Below, in pieces: positions 59,863 to 64,000 of a stretch of DNA of 64,000 nucleotides. The notes beneath the pieces are model-generated. The model had not been told where the DNA came from. It did not search any database and was given only the letters and a program-made list of their open reading frames with translations. This DNA is from an uncultured Bacteroides sp. GTDB lineage: Bacteria; Bacteroidota; Bacteroidia; Bacteroidales; Bacteroidaceae. A program made the translations under genes and the position numbers. Within the stretch, counting starts at the first letter, position 1; every line of letters begins with the position of its first letter. The DNA is taken from positions 317 to 64,316 of the forward strand of contig CAMQVH010000013.1 in NCBI GenBank assembly GCA_947038155.1, read 5' to 3'.

Positions 59863-61950
59863 ATGATGATAAAAAAAACACTAACCATTTTAGCAGTAAG
59901 TTGTATGATGTACTCCTGTGCTACGAAAACAGAAAGCAATCCTTTCTTTACAGAGTTTCAAACCCAGTATGGTGTTCCTTCTTTCGACAAGATTAAGCTG
60001 GAACACTACGAACCTGCCTTCCTGAAAGGTATCGAGGAGCAGAACCAAAATATAGAAACTATCATCGAAAGCCCGGAAATCCCGACTTTCGAGAATACAA
60101 TTGCAGCCTTGGATAACAGCGCGCCTATCCTTGACCGCGTAAGTGCTATCTTCTTCAATATGACAGATGCGGAGACCACCGACGCCCTCACCGAACTTTC
60201 CATGAAAATGGCTCCGGTCCTTTCGGAACATGAGGATAATATCTCCCTGAATGAGAAACTGTTCAAGCGTGTGAACCACGTGTACTTGCAGAAAGACTCA
60301 TTGAACCTGACAACAGAACAGGCACGTTTGCTGGATAAAACCTACAAGAGATTTGTCCGTTCGGGAGCCAACCTCAGCGCAGAGAAACAAGTCCGTCTCC
60401 GTGAAATCAACAAGGAACTTTCCACACTCGGCATCACTTTCAGCAACAATGTATTGAACGAGAATAATGCTTTCCAACTCTTCGTTGATAAAGAGGAAGA
60501 TTTGGTCGGCCTGCCCGAATGGTTCCGCCAAAGCGCAGCCGAAGAAGCAAAAGCAGCCGGACAACCGGGCAAATGGCTGTTTACCCTGCACAATGCCAGT
60601 CGTCTGCCTTTCCTGCAATATTCCGAAAGCCGTCCGCTCCGCGAACAAATGTACAAAGCCTACATCAACCGGGGAAACAACGACAATGAAAACGACAATA
60701 AAGAGAATATCCGCAAAATCGTTTCTCTCCGTCTGGAAAAAGCCAATTTATTAGGTTTCGACTGCTACGCCAACTTCGTCCTGGACGAAACAATGGCAAA
60801 GAACGCCACCAACGTAATGGAACTTTTGAACAACCTCTGGAGCTATGCATTGCCGAAAGCGAAAGCGGAAGCGGAGGAACTTCAAAAATTGATGGACAAA
60901 GAAGGCAAAGGCGAAAAACTGGAAGCATGGGACTGGTGGTATTATACCGAGAAACTGCGGAAAGAGAAATACAACCTGTCTGAAGAAGATACAAAACCCT
61001 ACTTCAAACTGGAGAACGTACGCGAAGGCGCATTTGCGGTAGCCAACAAGCTATACGGCATCACCCTGAACAAGCTCGAAGGCATCCCAACCTATCATCC
61101 TGACGTAGAAGTCTTTGAAGTAAAAGATGCAGACGGTTCACAACTCGGTATCTTCTATGTTGACTACTTCCCGCGTGCCGGCAAAAGCGGCGGTGCATGG
61201 ATGAGCAACTACCGCGAACAACAGGGGGCAACCCGTCCGCTAGTATGCAACGTCTGCAGCTTCACCAAACCGGTAGGCGACACTCCTTCCCTGCTGACAA
61301 TGGATGAAGTAGAGACATTGTTCCACGAATTCGGACATGGCCTGCACGGACTGCTGACCAAATGCGAATACAAAGGAACGTCCGGCACAAACGTAGTGCG
61401 CGACTTTGTAGAACTTCCTTCACAAATCAACGAGCACTGGGCTACCGAACCGGAAGTACTGAAAATGTATGCCAAACATTATCAGACAGGAGAAGTAATC
61501 CCCGACGAAATCATCGAAAAAATACTGCAACAAAAGACCTTCAACCAAGGTTTCATGACTACTGAACTACTGGCTGCCGCCATCCTTGACATGCACCTGC
61601 ACACCGTAACAGATGTAAAGAATATAGACATGCTTTCTTTCGAAAAAGAAGCCATGGACAAGCTCGGCCTTATCCCCGAAATAGCCCCCCGCTACCGTGC
61701 CACTTACTTTAATCACATCATCGGCGGATACGCTGCCGGATACTATAGCTACCTGTGGGCAAATGTATTGGACAACGACGCTTTCGAAGCCTTTAAAGAA
61801 CACGGAATTTTTGATAAGAACACTGCCGACTTGTTCCGCTACAACGTATTGGAGAAGGGGGACAGCGAAGACCCGATGGTGCTTTACAAGAATTTCCGCG
61901 GAGCAGAGCCTAGCCTGGAACCTTTACTGAAAAACAGAGGAATGAAATAA
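59863..61950 (+). CDS. dcp: M3 metallopeptidase (peptidyl-dipeptidase Dcp), lipoprotein
   Basis: KSGGAWM, FHEFGHGLH, DFVELPSQ, YAAGYYSY; lipobox YSC. Confidence 0.93.
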   Translation: MMIKKTLTILAVSCMMYSCATKTESNPFFTEFQTQYGVPSFDKIKLEHYEPAFLKGIEEQNQNIETIIESPEIPTFENTIAALDNSAPILDRVSAIFFNMTDAETTDALTELSMKMAPVLSEHEDNISLNEKLFKRVNHVYLQKDSLNLTTEQARLLDKTYKRFVRSGANLSAEKQVRLREINKELSTLGITFSNNVLNENNAFQLFVDKEEDLVGLPEWFRQSAAEEAKAAGQPGKWLFTLHNASRLPFLQYSESRPLREQMYKAYINRGNNDNENDNKENIRKIVSLRLEKANLLGFDCYANFVLDETMAKNATNVMELLNNLWSYALPKAKAEAEELQKLMDKEGKGEKLEAWDWWYYTEKLRKEKYNLSEEDTKPYFKLENVREGAFAVANKLYGITLNKLEGIPTYHPDVEVFEVKDADGSQLGIFYVDYFPRAGKSGGAWMSNYREQQGATRPLVCNVCSFTKPVGDTPSLLTMDEVETLFHEFGHGLHGLLTKCEYKGTSGTNVVRDFVELPSQINEHWATEPEVLKMYAKHYQTGEVIPDEIIEKILQQKTFNQGFMTTELLAAAILDMHLHTVTDVKNIDMLSFEKEAMDKLGLIPEIAPRYRATYFNHIIGGYAAGYYSYLWANVLDNDAFEAFKEHGIFDKNTADLFRYNVLEKGDSEDPMVLYKNFRGAEPSLEPLLKNRGMK

Positions 61951-61960
61951 TTCTGCAAAA

Positions 61961-61991
61961 AAGCCCTTAAACATCAAATATTTGGGGGCTT
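61961..61991 (+). terminator. Possible terminator after dcp
   Basis: AAGCCCTTAAA / TTTGGGGGCTT stem with G-U pairs. Confidence 0.45.
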
Positions 61992-62115
61992 CTTACATAT
62001 AAATGTGAAAAAAAAACTATATTTGCAGCCTTGTATGCGGCAAAAAGCACTTGTGTACGACAGAATTTAACTGAAAATTAAATTAAAAAAGTAATCATCA
62101 TAAATTAAAAGTAAA

Positions 62116-64000
62116 ATGCAAAACAAAGGATTTGTAAAGGTTTTTGCGGTATTACTCACGCTGGTATGCGTGTTCTACCTCTCCTTCTCCTTCGTAACAC
62201 GCCATTATACCAACAAGGCGAAAGAAATTGCGAACGGCGACCCGAAAGTGGAACAGGACTACCTCGACTCTCTCTCCAACGAGAAAGTATGGCTGGGTAA
62301 CTGGACGCTGAAAGATTGTCGTGAGATGGAGATTAGTTTAGGTTTGGACCTGAAAGGTGGTATGAACGTTATCCTTGAAGTTTCCATACCTGATGTTATC
62401 AAAGCATTGGCAGACAACAAGCCGGATGAAGCTTTCAACAACGCATTGGCGACAGCTGCAAAACAGGCTGTCAACAGTCAGGATGATGTTATCACCCTAT
62501 TCATCAGAGAATACCACAAAATTGCTCCGGACGCAAAACTTTCCGAACTCTTCGCAACACAACAGTTGAAAGATAAAGTTAACCAGAAATCAACAGATGC
62601 TGAAGTTGAAAAAGTACTAAGAGCAGAAGTAAAAGCCGCAGTTGAAAACTCATTCAACGTTCTTCGTACCCGTATCGACCGTTTTGGTGTCGTTCAGCCG
62701 AACATCCAAAGCCTGGAAGACAAAATGGGTCGCATCATGGTAGAATTGCCGGGTATTAAAGAACCGGAACGCGTGAGAAAACTTCTCCAAGGTTCGGCTA
62801 ATCTGGAATTTTGGGAAACATATACAGCTAAAGAAATTCTTCCTGCCATGCAATCTGCAGACGCTAAATTGCGTGGTATTTTAACAGAAGGAACAACAGC
62901 TGATACAGATACTATTGAAGCAGCCCTTACCGAAGCTACTCCGGTTGAGGAAAAAGCTGTAAGCGCTGCCGACAGCCTTGCAGCCGCCTTGAAAGGTGAT
63001 GCAGCCGCTGAAGACAAAGCAGCCGTCAACATGGAAGAAATCAAAAAGCAATATCCTCTGTTGTCAATGCTTCAGTTGAATTCCAGCGGACAGGGTCCTG
63101 TTATCGGTTATGCCAACTACAAAGACACTGCCGACATCAACAAATACCTGGCGATGCCGGAAGTGAAAGCCGAACTGCCTAAAGACCTTAGTCTGAAATG
63201 GGGTGTATCTGCCGCTGACTTTGACAAGAAAAAACAGACATTCGAACTGTATGCCATCAAAGTGACAGAACGCAACGGCAAGGCTCCGTTGGAAGGTGAT
63301 GTTATCACAGATGCAAAAGACGAATTCAACCAATACAGCAAACCGATAGTTACTATGGCTATGAACAATGACGGTGCACGTCGTTGGGCACAGTTGACCA
63401 AACAGAACATCGGCCGCGCTATTGCTATCGTATTGGATAATTATGTATATTCCGCACCGAATGTAAATACAGAAATTACCGGCGGACATTCTGAAATCTC
63501 CGGAAACTTCACTCCGGAACAGACCAAAGACTTGGCAAACGTATTGAAATCAGGTAAGATGCCGGCTCCGGCTCACATCGTACAGGAAGATATCGTTGGT
63601 CCGTCACTGGGTCAGGAATCTATCAACGCAGGTATTTTCTCATTCGTTGTAGCGCTGATTCTGTTGATGATTTACATGTGCTCCATGTACGGCTTCATCC
63701 CGGGTATGGTTGCCAACTGCGCATTAGTCCTCAACTTCTTCTTCACACTGGGTGTCCTTTCATCCTTCCAGGCTGCGTTGACAATGTCCGGTATAGCCGG
63801 TATGGTATTGTCACTGGGTATGGCAGTGGATGCGAACGTACTTATCTATGAACGTACAAAAGAAGAGCTTCGTGCAGGCAAGGCAGTGAAGAAAGCACTT
63901 GCTGACGGTTATTCCAACGCATTCTCGGCCATCTTCGACTCTAACTTGACATCCATCATCACAGGTATCATCCTATTCAACTTCGGTACTGGTCCGATTC
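62116..64000 (+). CDS. secDF: Protein translocase subunit SecDF (3' end beyond window)
   Basis: Manual translation from ATG 62116: MQNKGFVK...LGLDLKGGM...RIDRFGVVQPNIQ...AIVLD...VGPSLG...GMAVDANVLIYER. TATATTTG box at 62018. Confidence 0.96.
   Translation, partial: MQNKGFVKVFAVLLTLVCVFYLSFSFVTRHYTNKAKEIANGDPKVEQDYLDSLSNEKVWLGNWTLKDCREMEISLGLDLKGGMNVILEVSIPDVIKALADNKPDEAFNNALATAAKQAVNSQDDVITLFIREYHKIAPDAKLSELFATQQLKDKVNQKSTDAEVEKVLRAEVKAAVENSFNVLRTRIDRFGVVQPNIQSLEDKMGRIMVELPGIKEPERVRKLLQGSANLEFWETYTAKEILPAMQSADAKLRGILTEGTTADTDTIEAALTEATPVEEKAVSAADSLAAALKGDAAAEDKAAVNMEEIKKQYPLLSMLQLNSSGQGPVIGYANYKDTADINKYLAMPEVKAELPKDLSLKWGVSAADFDKKKQTFELYAIKVTERNGKAPLEGDVITDAKDEFNQYSKPIVTMAMNNDGARRWAQLTKQNIGRAIAIVLDNYVYSAPNVNTEITGGHSEISGNFTPEQTKDLANVLKSGKMPAPAHIVQEDIVGPSLGQESINAGIFSFVVALILLMIYMCSMYGFIPGMVANCALVLNFFFTLGVLSSFQAALTMSGIAGMVLSLGMAVDANVLIYERTKEELRAGKAVKKALADGYSNAFSAIFDSNLTSIITGIILFNFGTGPI

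Noticed and set aside
1-64000. tRNA, rRNA, intact IS element, integrase or prophage
   Set aside because: None recognised by eye; small ncRNAs cannot be excluded without an Infernal/Rfam scan.

Overview
This is a Bacteroides-type chromosomal window, judged from the TAnnTTTG/TTTG sigma-A promoters, SusC/SusD pairs and the topA-argS-hup-rhomboid-dcp-secDF core block. From 1 to 23.7 kb lies an uncharacterised polysaccharide utilisation locus (PUL): GntR-type regulator, cytoplasmic FAD oxidoreductase, GH3, double SGNH esterase, two distantly paralogous large secreted (alpha/alpha)-barrel proteins I cannot assign to a CAZy family, a duplicated DUF5017-like lipoprotein, SusD, SusC, LacI and a divergent Na+/solute symporter. 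At 23.7-24.4 kb a truncated AAA-ATPase remnant runs into a 22-bp-period palindromic array next to a DUF6078-like Cys-rich gene; comF and suhB follow. From 26.3 to 42.7 kb is a variant ribose-utilisation (RUS) locus: RusR-like protein, two ribokinases, an IPT/DUF1566 lipoprotein, SusC/D, a DUF4832-like GH, a DUF4832-nucleoside hydrolase fusion, a permease and a GH97. Next come an EEP/metallophosphatase, a NUDIX hydrolase, two more decayed ATPase-nuclease genes flanking a second, different 22-bp array inside 18-bp inverted repeats, a TPR/outer-membrane-barrel pair and housekeeping genes. The best novelty candidates are (i) the 22-bp arrays paired with decayed ATPase-nuclease genes and DUF6078, (ii) the first PUL with its unassigned enzyme pair, and (iii) the GH-nucleoside hydrolase fusion. 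Family names come from motif recognition, not database searches.
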